This document shows, piece by piece, positions 11,660 through 25,292 of a stretch of DNA of 64,000 nt. Under the pieces are notes generated by a model. It was not told where the DNA came from. It worked only from the letters and a program-made list of their open reading frames with translations, and made no database searches. Both the position numbers and the translations under genes were made by a program. The stretch's first letter is position 1. Every line of letters begins with the position of its first letter. Origin of the DNA: Sphyrna mokarran (Eukaryota); NCBI GenBank assembly GCA_024679065.1, contig JAGIQG010000008.1, forward strand, positions 96,782,001 to 96,846,000, in the 5' to 3' direction.

Positions 11660-12990
11660 CTCAGTGGTCGGTAAGTTGATGGAGAGGATTCTGAGAGATA
11701 GGATTTATGAGCATTTAGAGAAATTCAATATGATCAGGAATAGTCAACATGGCTTTGTTAAGGGCAGATCGTGCCTTATGAGCCTAGTTGAATTCTTCGA
11801 AAATGTGACTGAACACATTGACGAAAGAAGAGCAGTGGACATGGTTTACATGGACTTCAGCAAGGCATTTGATAAGGTCCCCCGTGCAAGACTCCTTGAG
11901 AAGGTGAGAGAGCATGGGATCCAAAGGGCTTTGGCCTTGTGGATCCAGAATTGGCTTGCCTGCAGAAGGCAGGGAGTAGTTGTGGATGGGTCTTCTTCTG
12001 CGTGGAAGTCAGTCTGCATGGAGTGCCCCAGGGATCTGTTCTAGGACCCTTGCTGTTTGTCATTTTCATAAATGACCTGGATGAGGAAGTGGAAGGATGG
12101 GTTAGTAAGTTTGCCGACGATACGAAGGTTGGTGGTGTGGATAGTCTGGAGGGATGTCTGAAGTTGCAGCGAGACATAGATAGGATGCAAGACTGGGCAG
12201 AGAAGTGGCAGATGGGCTTCAATGCGGATAAATATGTAGTGGTCTATTTTGGCAGGACCAATGGGATGAAGGAGTATAATATCAAGGGTAGGAGTCTTGG
12301 CAGTGTTGAGGAGCAGAAGGATCTTGGGGTCCGGGTCCATAGGTCTCTTAAATCTGCCCCGCAAGTGGAGGATGTGGTCAAGAAGGCATATGGTGTACTG
12401 GCCTTCATTAATAGAGGAATTGAGTTTAGGAGTCAGGACTTTATAAGACCCTTGTCAGACCCCACTTGGAGTATTGTGTGCAGTTCTGGTCGCCTCACTA
12501 TAGGAAGGATGTGAAAGCTATTGAGAAGGTGCAGAGAAGATTTACAAGGATGTTGCCTGGATTGGGGGGCATGCCTTACGAAAATAGGTTGAGAGAGCTA
12601 GGTCTCTTCTCCCTGGAGAGACGAAGGTTGAGAGGCGACCTGATAGAGGTTTATAAGATGTTGAGAGGAATAGATAGGGTGGATTCTCGGAGGCTGTTTC
12701 CCAGGGCTGAAATGGTCGCTGCAAGAGGACACAGGTTTAAGGCGCTGGTGGGTAAGTACAGAGGAGATATTAGAGGTAGATTTTTCACTCAGAGGTGAGT
12801 GAATGGAATCGGTTGCCATCAGTGATGGTAGAGGTGAATTCGCTGAGGTCTTTTAAGAGACTTCTGGATGAGTACATGGGATTTAATGGGATTGGGAGTT
12901 ACAGATGGTTCTATGGCCTGGTAAGTATAGATATGATCAGCACAACTTGCGAGCCGAAGGGCCTGTTTGTGCTGTAGTGTTCTATGTTCA
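11660..12990 (+). mobile_element. 5'-truncated CR1 LINE (RT + 3' tail)
   Basis: [25 protein letters not shown]; ends gagccgaagggcctgtttgtgctgtagtgttctatgttc. Confidence 0.93.
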
Positions 12991-13667
12991 AATCAATGGG
13001 ACCAGAAGATCCCACAGGCATGCGGGGCTGGAAAATTCCAGACAATATTTAAATTGCTCATTGAAATTTCCCACCTGCTGCACCCACAGCTACAACCTCA
13101 GAGCAGGTTTGACCACATTATCAGCGCGTGCAGAGCTGACCATGGCTACATGTGTGGCACATTTCAAACTAGAGCTAGAGATACTTGGTAATATGTTACA
13201 GTTTACATTCCATTGTTGCATACGGAAAGCTTTCTATTCACCGAAAGCTAGCTCCATTTAATTCTCACATACTAGAGAGATGCAGGCAGAATTAATTAGT
13301 AGATTGCAGGTTTTTCCATATTGCACAATATAATTGAGCTAACAAATATTGCTTTGAATGTTGTTACATGCCAACTTTGCTCTATCCCAGAACCGAAAAT
13401 AGTTTTACTTCCTCAAAGTCCAGTTTGTGCATTACCGTACGCATAGGTCAGTATTGTAGGCAGTGGCCATGATGCCTTCATTTTACAATGTGGTTGTAAA
13501 TCTGAGTTATGTAACGTAAGAGTTTAGCAAGTAACAATAGCAAGAAGCTTGAACACAGAACCAAATTTTATTATGTAAATTCTCAAAATTATTTAGACAG
13601 TTCTTGCTTGTTTACGATCAATAGATATGTTTTAAAATTGAAAGTCAGTCAGTTTAGAAAAATAAGC

Positions 13668-14720
13668 CAGCTGGGATTTTACCAAAAAAATTCTGAGTGT
13701 TGAATTTGTGTGAAAACTGGAATAATTCACACTGTTTTTTCAGTGGGAGTTTCAAAACAAATTTCCACAATCTGTGCACTGCAGAGTGCACTAGTGTGAA
13801 TTATGCTAAAAATCAGTGAGTGGTGCATATTCCAACTGGAGGGGCTGGCAACATAGCACTGAGTGGCCCACTGCACATGTGCCAATCTGTCAGTGCCAAG
13901 ATCAGCGCATGCACAGTGGCCCCCCCAGCACTGGCTGGTCAGTCCCACAACTCCTGCATTTCTAGTCCTCCATGTCCAAGGCTTGATCACTGGCCACTCC
14001 CCATGCATGCCCAGGCCAGTCTCGACCACCACTCTCTTCGCCTCCGGACAACCCCCGCAGCCCTAACCCCCTCAGCAGGTTGACTCCCCCGCACCTTCCC
14101 CCCTCCCCATCATGATGGTCAGCCCTGTTGCTAGGCTCTCTGCCTTTGACAATCAGCCCAAAAGCAGAATGATAGCAAGACCCTCACCCACACCAATCAT
14201 CCCCAGAGGCTCCGCCCCCATCAGGCCTCATCCCCTTGGCAGTGCCTTATCTATGCCTGATAGGCAATGTCAAGGTGCCCTCAGGGTATTGGCACTTTGC
14301 CCTTTGGGCAGTGCCAGGGGCCCAGGTTTGCACTGCCAAAGTATCAATGCTCTGGGGGATTCTCCCTCTGGCGCTCGATCCTCCAGGGGCCCCGATTGTC
14401 CTCTCTTTGCTCCAGTGGGATCAGGCCACCACAGTGGGGAGCTGCTGTAAACCCTAGCTGGGGGGTAGTGGTTAGGAAATGCTCGTGGACCTTCAGAGAT
14501 TTCAGTCCTGAACCCATTAATTCTATTTAAATTCTATTTAATTTCTCATTTGAATAATATATAATGCTCCTTGCTGATTTCTGGCGTAGAGCTGACACCA
14601 CTGTAAATTCAACATTGAGAGATGCTACTGGAGCAGATTGACCAGCTAATCAGGCGCCACTTGAATCTCCTGGTCCACTACGCTAAATAAGTAGCACAGC
14701 AGGATGGGAGAATTGCCACT
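13668..14720. mobile_element. Non-autonomous DNA transposon (same family as 4071-5195)
   Basis: Ends agctgggattttacc and gggagaattgccac; ggcagtgcc repeats. Confidence 0.6.
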
Positions 14721-16169
14721 GAGGACTGTTGTTTGCTTTCCACATACTTTATTCAGGAATTTATAACCAAACCAACAACACAAAAGCTAATTTCCCAACA
14801 AAGAGAAAAAAAATCTTAAGAAATAATGAAAGAAAAATATTTTACATATTTTCAATAAACAGTTTATTGAACATTTTTAGCAGATCGGCCAGTGTCTAGA
14901 AAGAGAAAGGATATACGTCTGCATTATATCATCAGACTGAACATGAGGGATAAATAGATACCACAGCAAGTTGTTTTTTGCTCCTTTTTATCGAATATGT
15001 TACATTACTTCTGCTGATAGTTAAATCCCAAAGTCTATTTGTCATTTCTCTCCTAAATTGCAAAATAAAATCACAGCCTACGTCAACAATATTTCCAATA
15101 TCATCACTCTCCATTGTTTCCTCTCTCTCTCTCCTACAAACTGAAACTTGGTTAAAAAAGTCAATGCTCAACTTTCCATGTTATAATTTCATTTCAGACT
15201 TCACAGGGTGCTTCTTTCAAATTTACAAAACTTGTTTTTTTGGAATGTTCCACTTTTAGTCAGATTACTCTCAAATAAGCAAAACATACCCCACACTGCA
15301 TCATATTTAAACCAACTATAATCTAAAATTGTAACATCAAAAACAGTGTCCCCCTTATTGATGACAAGAACATTTCAAATCTTAAATAAATTATGATTTT
15401 TACTCAATACTCACGACTAAGATCTTGAAAAATGTTTTAATCTTTGAAACTGTACTAACCTCTTTGATTTAAGTTGACAAGAGTTGCTGATTTATAAAGT
15501 TCAGTGTCAAATATTTGCTCTTTTCTGAGCTGATAATGGGAAAGATTTGTACTAAAATAATAACCAATCAGATTTTGGCTTTTCAATCTTGAGAGAATAA
15601 TTTATTTGCTTTGTAAGCAAAATCATGGGGTTTGAATAATAATGAAGAAGGGCAAGATCAAAAGTCTAACTTCTAAATTGGAATTGACTGATTTGAATGC
15701 ATGAGCAGCATCTAGACAGGGCAAAACTGTAAAGGACTTTGGGTGATATTTAAGGAAGAGATGTTTCAATTTACCAGTGAGGTACTTTCAAACAAGTGAG
15801 TAAGGCAGAGGAACCATATCCAGGATAATAATTGAGGTATGGATATTGTGGACACAATTTCATATTGCTTGGGGAGGTGTCCTCCTGACCCAGAAGCGTA
15901 TATAATAATGCAAGAAGAGGTTAGTTATCGCACACTCATGATATTTTGGTTGGTGGATGTGAGTAGGAGTAAGCTACTTTCCTGCAGACAGTTAAGCAGA
16001 TAATCAAAGGATCAAAAGTCCAATTGACAGGAATTTTACCTTGCCTGTGCAACTTTCAGGTTGGAGCTTGGTCAACAAAGATCATGTGTGAGATACCCAG
16101 ACAGCTTCAATCATGCATGCGTTCTACAATGCTTTCACGTGCTAAGGCTATTCATGGTAATTTGCCAAA

Positions 16170-18510
16170 ATTCGTTTGGAGTGATTCCTGCAGGTTGGAA
16201 AACAGCAAATGTGATGTCATTGTTTACAAAAGAAGATAGATAAAAGGTGGGTAACTATAGGCTTAACTTCTTGAATTTATCATCAAGGAAGAAATAGCGA
16301 GATGTCTGGATATAAATTGTCTCTCTGGTAAGACGCAGCATGGCTTCGTGAAGGGAAGATAATGTTTTCTTTGAATTTTGAAGAATTATTTGAGAACATT
16401 ACATGTGCAGTGAACAATAGGGAACCCGTGGATGTGGTGTGACTGGATTTCCAAAAGGCATTTGACAAATACTGCATCAAAGACTGCTACATATGATAAA
16501 GATGCACAGTGTTGTAGATAATATAATGGCATGGATAGAGGATTGGTTAGCTAACAGAAAGCAAAGAGTGGGGTATATGGGTGTTTTTCTGGTTGCCAAT
16601 CAGTGACTAATGGTATGCCTCTGGGATCAATGTTGGGACCACAATTGTTTACGATTTATATAAATAATTTGGAGTTGGCATTGAGTGTAGAAACCATAGA
16701 AAATTACAGCTCAGAAACAGGTCTTTTGGCCCTTATTGACTGTGCCGAACCATTTTTTGCCTAGTCCCACTGACCTGCATTTGGATCATATCCCTCCACA
16801 CCCCTCTCATCCATGAACTCGTCCAAGTTTTTCTTAAATGTTAAAAGTGCCACTGCATTTACCACTTTATCCAGCAGCTCATTCCACACTCCCACCACTC
16901 TCTATGTGAAGAATCCCCACTAATATTCCCTTTAAACTTTTCTCCTTTCACTCTTAATCCATGCCCTCTGGTTTTTTTTCTACCCTAGCCTCAGTGGAAA
17001 AAGCCTGCTTACATTCACTCTATCAATACCCATCAAAATCTTATACACCTCTATTAAATCTTCCCTCATTCTTCTACGCTGCAGGGAATAAAGTCCTGAC
17101 CTATTTAATCTCACTCTGTAACTCAGCTTCTCAAGTCCTGGCAACATCCTTGTCAACCTTCTCTGCACTCTTTCAACCTTATTTACATTTTTCCTGTAAC
17201 TAGGTGACTAAAGCTGTACACAATACTCTAAATTTGGCTCACCAATGCCTTTTACAACCTTACCATACCACCCCAACTTTTACACTCGATACTCCGATTT
17301 ATAAAGGGCAATGTACCAAAAGCACTCTTTACGACCCTATCTACCCGTGACGTCACTTTCAGGGAATTCTGTACCTGTATTTCCAGATACCTCTGTTCAA
17401 CTGCAATCTTCAGAGTCCTACCATTTACCCTGTATGTTCTACTTTGGCTTGTCCTTCCAAAGTGCAATACCTCACACTTGTCTGCGTTAAATTCCATTTG
17501 CCATTTTTCAGCCCATTCTTCTAGTTAGTCCGAATCCCTCTGCAAGCTTTGGAAACCTTAGTGTGTCAAAATTTGCAGATGACACTAAACATCAGAGCAA
17601 AGAGCAGACAGTAAACATCAGAGTGACAGAGCAAAGTGTGCAGAGGATGCTGAAAGTCTGCAAAGGGAAATAAATAGTCTTAACTGAGTGGGCGAGCATC
17701 TGGCAAGTGGAGTACAATGTTGGTAAATGTGGAGTCATCCACTTTGGTAGGAATAACAGCAAAATGGACTGTTATTTAAAAAGTTGCAGCATGCTACTGT
17801 GCAAAGGGACTTGGGTGTCCTTGTGCAAGAATTACAAGGAGTTGGTTTGCAGATGCAGCATGTAATTAAAAAGGCAAATGGAATTTTGTCCTTCGTTGCT
17901 ATAGGGATGGAGTTTAAAGACAGCGAGATTATGTTGCAGCTGTATAAGGTGCTGTGAGGCCACACCTGGAGTACTCCAGTTTTGGTCTCCTTATTTGAGA
18001 AAGGATATACTGGCACTGGAGGGGTGCAGAGGGAATTCACTAGGTTGACTTATGAGGAGTGACTGAAAAGTCTGGGACTATACTTAATAGAATTCAAAAG
18101 AATAAGGGGAGTTCTTATAGAAACATATAAGATTATGAAAGGAATAGATAGATAGAAGCAGAGAAGTTTTTTCCACTGGCAGGTGAAACTAGAACTAGGG
18201 GGTATAGACTCAAAATAAGGGGAAGCAAATTTAGGGCTGAATTGGGGAGGAACTTCTTCACACAAAGGGTTGTGAATCTGTTCAATTCACTGCCCAGTGA
18301 AGCAGTTAAGACTAAATCATTGAATTTTTTAAGGCAAGGATAGCTACATTTTTGAATAGTAAAGGAATTAAGGGTTCTGGTGAGCAGGCGGGTAAGTGGA
18401 GCTGAGTCCATGAAAAGATCAGTCATGATCTTACTGAATGGCGGAGTAGGCAGGTGGGCCAGATGGCCTACTCCTGCTCCTTGTTCTTATGTTCTTATGT
18501 TTTTATGTCC
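16170..18510 (+). mobile_element. Decayed CR1 LINE, interrupted by an antisense CR1
   Basis: RT remnants (WKTANV, DFQKAFDK, KFADDT) and (TTCTTATG)n tail at ~18483-18507. Confidence 0.85.
16689..17558 (-). mobile_element. CR1 3' fragment nested antisense in CR1
   Basis: ORFs 17252-17497 (MEFNADKCEVLHFG) and 16980-17168; tail at ~16690-16735. Confidence 0.88.
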
Positions 18511-19214
18511 TTACATGACTCCAGCCTGGCTTGGCTGGTTGTTGGCTGTTTGACAAAGATATCTGTGAAAAAGATTCCTCATAACATTACTCTGGTACCC
18601 TAGGACAGAGGTGGAAGGAAGATACAATTGGAATCATATCTTCGCAACTACTATGGTTGACAGCACAAGAGAGCTACTGAAATTCTGTTGTCTGAACCAT
18701 TTGGGGGATTTCCTGCAATAACTTGAGAGTAAGATTTGCTTATAATTGTGGTTCGCTGCACCCTAGTAAGGGGTCTTATCAAGGCAGTTCCACAGGCCTC
18801 AGAGGAAGATGCTACAGATGGTTCAGTGAGGAGCTTGGGCCAGCCAAGGGTGAAAATGAGGAGGCAGCTTGGTAACATTCAGGGCAGCAGGATTTTCCAG
18901 GGAAGCATTGACTCTTTCAGTTCCTCAATGAGTGTGACATGCCCTCACCATGGATCACTGCCAACTGAACCTGCTGAAATGCTTGTATCTGCTGGTGGTT
19001 GATGCAGGGAATTCATCCCTTGATGGTACCTCAGTGTCAAGGGAGGCACTTTATGGTCATGGCACAACCTGAGGGAATGTCACTTCCATGAAAGGGAGTG
19101 CCTGAGGGGAGAAACAGATGATATCATTAAGATCGTCATCACCAAGCGTCTTTGCAAACACAGTGGTAGCTCACCTAAATTAATACTTGTCTCACTGAAG
19201 CAGTGCAAGTGGCT

Positions 19215-19830
19215 AATGTGTGGGTACTCTGGATTTGCCCTTCTCGAAAATTCATACACCACATTACTCATTTGTGTATGAGATGGAATATCCTTTTAGC
19301 TTGACAGCAGCATCTTTTAGTGGTGAATATTATTTGTGTTGCGTAGTAGCAGTATGGAATAGCTAACTTCACCTGTTGCTCAAACTTTTCAGCTATCTTG
19401 TGCCTCCAGGGTAATTTGAGGTGAACTAGGCATTTTCAAGGTCAAAAATGAAGCCTCAGGCCTGTTTATGAGTTTGTGTGATATACAATGCAAAATGATC
19501 TGATCTGATCGTTATCCTGCAGGATGTCCTTGATGCTCTTGATTTCAGCATTGAGTCTGCATGGCAATGACTTGGGCCCCATTTGCAAGATTGCAAGGAA
19601 AACCAGTCTTATAGCGTATGGAACTGTATGAATAACATATATATTAACCAGTGCAGGTAGGCTTTGGTAGACAGCAGTAGAGAACCCTCTAGCAGATTTC
19701 TCAATGAGTAAGTCAAAGAAATGGAATTTATTTGACTGTTTCATTTCAAAGCTGAAATTGAATTCAGAATGGAGCCCATTAAGACATAAAGAAAATATTA
19801 CAGGCTACTGTGGATTTAAGTATAGCAAAC
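19215..19830 (-). mobile_element. Penelope-like element RT/thumb fragment
   Basis: MKQSNKFHFFDLLIEKSARGFSTAVY resembles the PLE E..n.lpFLDv.v......f.t.VYrK motif; followed by EIKSIKDILQDN. Confidence 0.6.
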
Positions 19831-20548
19831 ATAATTTAAAGGATTGTTTACCTTGTGTCCCTTATTTCTAGGAGAGCATGTGTTTCAGACTAAGATCAAG
19901 GGCTGAATTTTACGTGATTTATTTCTAAGTGTCCAGCTAGAGTGAAAATAGAAAAGTTGCTGCTTCATTTTCGGAGTGAGTTTTCACTCCCAGTTTCATG
20001 CAATTACTCTCTGAAAATATTGGCTAGTCTGTTTCTAGCCACTAGAGGCTGTGGACAGAGCCTAATTCGCCAGACAGCCTGCAGCTCAGATTAGAGCCAC
20101 AAACTGCACATGCGCAGGAAAAGCTCAAAAAAAAAGCAGCTCTGCTAACAGAGCTCCCCCAGGCCGGATACAGCCTCCCTTTCCTCCCCACAGACTTCGG
20201 AGACCCCCACAACGTTACTGACCCACTTATCCCCCCAACCCCCTCACCAGTCCACCCCCCACTCCATCTCTCCTGTTCACATCTGTCCCCTCCAGATCCC
20301 TGGCACATGGCCCCCTCATGGCTCTACAGGCCCTGATGGCTGACTGATGTGACCCTTTCTCTCTCTCCTGATCATTACAGAGACACAATATCCAACACCC
20401 CCCACCTCTTCCAGTTTGCATATCTGCAAGTGCTGACCTGGCTTCCCCTTTATGGTAACAAGTAAAATGCTTTAAACTTGCTGGAGTGCTCAAATGGGCA
20501 CCTAACTCGCCCAAACTGCCTACAGCTCCATAAAAACCCCAAGGATGA

Positions 20549-22330
20549 ATGGACAGGAAGGCAGTGCAGGAAGAAATGGTCTCTAGGAAGACAGCTCTCT
20601 GGTTTTCTGATGTTGACCTGGCTAGGTTGCTGGAGGCAATGGAGGTAAGGCACGACACCCTCTTCCCCCAGCAATATGCTATCCCGGAGGAAAGGAAGGA
20701 AATCTGGCCTGGGAAGTGGTGGCAGCCGGTCCAGTGCCAGGGCCCTGGCCAGAAGAACCAAGAAGCAGTGTCACAAGAAACTGAATGACCTCATCTGCCC
20801 TGATTCCCCCCACATCCAACACTTGCATGCCTTCAGCCCCTAACCCCAAGCATCACCACATTTGTCCTCTGAGGATCAATCCCTGAAACTCTGCAGGACT
20901 CGTGGCATCAGATTTTACATGGCTCCTTTTGTCCCCATAGGAGAGAATACCCACAATCGCCAGGACAGGGCAAAGACAGGGAGTGATGTGCCTGAGATCT
21001 GGGTCCTCACCCCCTTTGAGGAGCAAGCACTGGAGCTTGTGGGACAGGAGGAAATGCGGACCATCTGTGACAGCATGGTCAGGCTGTAGCATGGATGTGT
21101 GCACCTGCCTATCCTCTACTTGTTGGAGAAATGTCAAGTAAGTTGCATGCAACCCAGATTCCTCTCCCTCTCTTTCACTTAACCTTGTGCCCTGTTTGCA
21201 GGAAGGGACCCTGAACCACCTGGGCTATCTGGCATTGCTCCCAACCTGCCCCTGACAAGTTGGAGGATTCCTTGGAGGAAGCTGATGAAGGGACCTCCAA
21301 GGCCAGCATTAGTTTTGTGTTGGCTTTCATCTCGCAACCACTATCACAGAGACTCTTATATCAGTAGTTCAAGTTAGTGGTAAGCCATGAAGATCACTCT
21401 CAAGTGCCCTGCTGATGGACATTGGGTGAAGTAACATCCGAGGCCTCAGGCACACAGGCACCGGCTGGAGGTCTCAGACTCAGCTGGTCCCAGACTACAC
21501 AGTGGACCTCTGCAATCTCTTCTCCTTCAGCTGCTGGAGATGCAATAACAGAGCCAGAGAATGCAGGAGAGGCTGAAAGCAACACTGAACTGACTACAAG
21601 GCTAATGAGAGGATTCAGGAAGAACAGCTATTTCCTGTGCTGCGTGAATCCCAGACCAACACTGCAAGGGTAGCATCTGCAGTGGAAGCCCTGGGGCAGG
21701 AGATCCTCACAATGAGTGGCAGGTTCCTAGCAATGGCCAAGTCACAGCAGGCCACAGCTGAGCCTCAACAGGCTTCTCCAGATTCTGCAGCCCAGGGCTG
21801 AGGGGCTCGAGAGACTGCAGGAGACCGAGTGGGACTGTGCTGTGATACAGTGGGCTTTGGCTACAGACTTTGTGAACGTGGCTCAGTCAGAGAGACTCAT
21901 GGCTGAGGGTTGCAAAACTTGCAGAAGACCCAGTGGGATAGCTCCATGACATAAGTCTACAGCATCAGCCCATGAGAACATGGCCCAGTCACAGAGGGTC
22001 ATGGCTGAGAGATTGCAGAACTTGCAGAAGACCCAGTGGGATAGTTCCATGACACATCGGTCAGAGGATCATGGTTGAGGGATTGCAGAGTGTTGCCCAG
22101 TCTCAGAGGGCACTTGCTGCTGCTATTGACAGATGGCCCCCAACTCAGGTAACCAGCACAGAGGGCTCAACCACCATCACTAGAATGCAGGTGGCCTCCA
22201 GGACTGGCAGGGGCAGGTGACACCAGAACTGGAGCTCATTGCAGAAGTACTCTACCCCATGGAGTGACCCAGGGGCCCACAGAGAACCTGAGGGAGGAGA
22301 AAGTGCTGAGCCCATGCTGGGGTCTTCCAC
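20549..22330 (+). pseudogene. Myb/SANT-like DNA-binding protein of the Harbinger element (spliced, frameshifted)
   Basis: FSDVDLARLLEAMEVRHDTLFP..., then QCHKKLNDL in another frame; acceptor ccccatag at 20940 opens HNRQDRAKTGSDVPEIWVLTPFEEQALEL; degenerate heptad-like repeats at 21700-22140. Confidence 0.72.
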
Positions 22331-22437
22331 CTAGCCGCTGCGGTTGTGGCTGCACTTTCTGACTACCCCTTCCTGACTACAGGACATCTCAGAGGCAGAG
22401 GGATGAACAGGATATTATGGGTATGTCATCTGAAAAC

Positions 22438-22509
22438 TGAGTAAAGTTTTACAACACCAATTTTAAATCCAACCAATTTATTTGATAGTAAATTCGCGAG
22501 CTTTCGACT
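22438..22509 (-). mobile_element. Small Penelope terminal-repeat fragment
   Basis: Reverse complement cgaaagctcgcgaatttactatcaaataaattggttggatttaaaattggtgttgtaaaactttact aligns with 48660-48730. Confidence 0.6.
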
Positions 22510-23865
22510 TTATATTCTGGAAACTGGCCAGGGTCCTTTAGGTCCAGGCCCTCTAGAGGATACTTGCCAAGGGCGCAGTATGAAGCTGGCCACCTCCAAC
22601 TCTAAGATTCATCATGGGGAGACACCAAGACATAGTGGTAGGCCATGTAAGGTTAAAATGCTGTTGCAGCACTAAGATGTCATGGGCATCACCAGGTAGA
22701 TGAAATATTTAGGCACTTTCAAGTCTCACGTTCACATGTTTTTATATTATCACTTATTTAGCAAACGCTATTATTGCCAACAATAAATGTTATTTCACCC
22801 TGCACCTTTGACTAACTTGTCTCTAATTAACCTTTAACAGGGATGCACTTATGCCGATGGTCATTGGAGAGATCCTGCACATTGATGTCAGTTGGGAATG
22901 CCCCTCAATGCTCTGCTACTAAGAAAGTCAAGGCGCTCAAATAATTCACTGGCCATAATGGTGGCATACATTGGCAACGACTTAAGGCATCACAATGGCA
23001 TCCCCAGAAGAACTTATATAGGTGCTTTCCAGACCAACTGCAGCAAATGAAGTTGTAAAGGCAGGTGAACTGGGACGATTGGGAGTGAAGCTCAGTCATG
23101 ACATTGCGATGCATGCAAAAACATGTAAATTGATGTCTTGCCCATTTTGAGCTCCCAACCATGCCAACTTTCTTCCGTGGTAAGGTGGGAATGGGTGCGA
23201 AAATAGGTGCCATTCCTAGTGGCCACTTTATGCATGATTTTACGACATTTTCCCACTGCAAAACAGTCACAACAAGCTCGTAAAATTCCACCCTGAGAGT
23301 TTCAGTTGAGTCATTTGTGTTGGTTTGCAAATCTCTGAATCAACCAGCAGAATGAGGATTATATTGTGACTCCACAAGATAAGTCTTGGTTGCTTTAAAT
23401 CATGTGCCCCGTCCCCCCATATCAACAAAACCTTGATCTCTTGGGTTATAAGCAAAGTACTTTAAATTATTACAGACTGTATGAATTTTACGTAAGTGTT
23501 TGACAAAGACCATATAAAAGGCTGGTTAACAAGCTAAAATGGAAAGGTCAGTTTGTGTAAAAAGTTAGTTTTACGGATAAAAAATAGTGAGTTGTGATAA
23601 AAAGTTATTTTTCAGAATAGATGACAGTAGCCTTTGGACCAAGTGCAAGGGCTGCTGCTTTTTTGATCGATAAGTATCTTGCTTATCAGTGTACAGTGTA
23701 AAATTTCAATATTTGCAAATGAGAACAAACTTGGAAACGTGGCATACACTGAGGATGTCACCAATAATTGATAGGCCAGCAAAATGGGTAGGCAAGTTTA
23801 TGATGGAAATTAACAGAGAAAAGTGAGATGATGCATTTCGAAAGGAGCAATAAAAGGGGCACTAT

Positions 23866-25226
23866 GGCCGGGATACTCTCAAAAAAAAAATCAAAGTGCT
23901 GAATTTTTGTAAAAACTGGAGTACCTCCCAGTGATTTTTTTTTATCTTGATTTTCAAAATGAATCTCCCATAATCTGTGTATTGCAAAATGTTCTAATGT
24001 TCTAATAAAAATCTGATTGCTGGCCATCCGATTGCTGGCCTTAAGACATCTCCAGGCCAGGCCTGATACTCCTTCACCCGGCACTCCCAATCTCCTCACC
24101 CCCTACCCCCCACCACCTCCAAACCCAACCCACCAACCCTACAAGCCTTGGCAGCCCTGACCTCCCCCCACCCCACTCCAAAGGACAGCCCTAGTCACTC
24201 TCTGGCATGTCTCTGTCACTAATCCCAAAGGCAGAGGCAATGGGACCCCCACCTTCACCAGTCTCCCCCACACTGGCCCCGTCCCGTCTGGCTCTATCCC
24301 CTTGGCACTGCCTGATGCCCAATATGCAGTGCCAAGTTGCCCCTTTGGCATTGCAGCATGGCCCCTTGGGCAGTGCCAGGGCCAGTCTGGCATATTCCCA
24401 TTGTCCCCAACCCCCTGGTGGCCTCCCTGGCTTCTGTTCACTACAATGGGACAATGGGACAATGGGACCCACACCAATGAGGAAAGATGACAATCATTCA
24501 AAGCTTCTAGAGAGTTCCGTGGCTTATCCTTTTCCAAAATAGAAAACAACATGACCATTTTCCTCACCAAATTTCCATGGGTCAGGGAAACACTTTGGCC
24601 GCATTGAGCTCACAGCTTCTCCCGACGGTGAGGGGACAACAACAGTTGCAGTGCAAGGTGCATTTCTTTCTGCTCCCCACTGTCCCCTCGTGATGATTTG
24701 GTTTTTATTTTTTCTTTTAGGGTAAGGTGTGGTGTGGACCCTGTTCCCTGTCTGATTCTGAGCTTGAATGTACAAGCTCAGAATGTACAAGCTCAATGTG
24801 GGGAGGGGGAGACTTGATGACCAGGTGCTCAGTTTAAGCACAAGAGTTTTATAATTGTACGTGTTTGCCATTGAAATGTCACTATCAAAAAAAAATTATT
24901 CAAACGTTAGAATTCCGTTCATACAGCAGGATCTGGCCACCAACTCCCCGTTAGTGAGAAGCTGTTGTAACCCTTGCTGGAGTGAAACATTCCTGGTGTG
25001 AGGGAGAATGTTATCAGGCCCAAATACTTCAGTCCTGGGGCTAATAGGATTCAAATTTGAATTTAAATATTTTGACCAGTTCAATGCCAATTTCTAGCGC
25101 AGGGCTGACGATGTTGGAAATCTTGCATCCAGAGGCGTGAGGAGGTCGTTGTGCCCAGCGGGAAATCTGCTAACTGACTTCTGCTTAAGTCTTCTGAGTA
25201 GCGCTGCAGACTGGGAGAAATGCCTC
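23866..25226. mobile_element. Non-autonomous DNA transposon inserted in a decayed CR1
   Basis: Ends ggccgggatactc and gggagaaatgcctc, flanked by TAT on both sides; CR1 remnant (23480-23865) resumes at 25227. Confidence 0.6.
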
Positions 25227-25292
25227 TATATACTTAATGATAGGTTTAAAAAGTATGCAGGACAGAGGGATCTGTAGTTTCATGTGTTCATG

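Larger units (their letters stand above)
19900..23293. mobile_element. Harbinger/PIF-type DNA transposon with a Myb/SANT pseudogene and transposase remnant
   Basis: TIRs GGGCTGAATTTTACG (19900-19914) and CGTAAAATTCCACCC (23279-23293); contains a Myb/SANT-like ORF on + and a HARBI1-like remnant on - (~22840-23060). Confidence 0.7.

Noticed and set aside
21700-22140. CRISPR-like repeat array
   Set aside because: Irregular, degenerate coding-type repeats in eukaryotic DNA; no constant repeat/spacer pattern and no cas genes.
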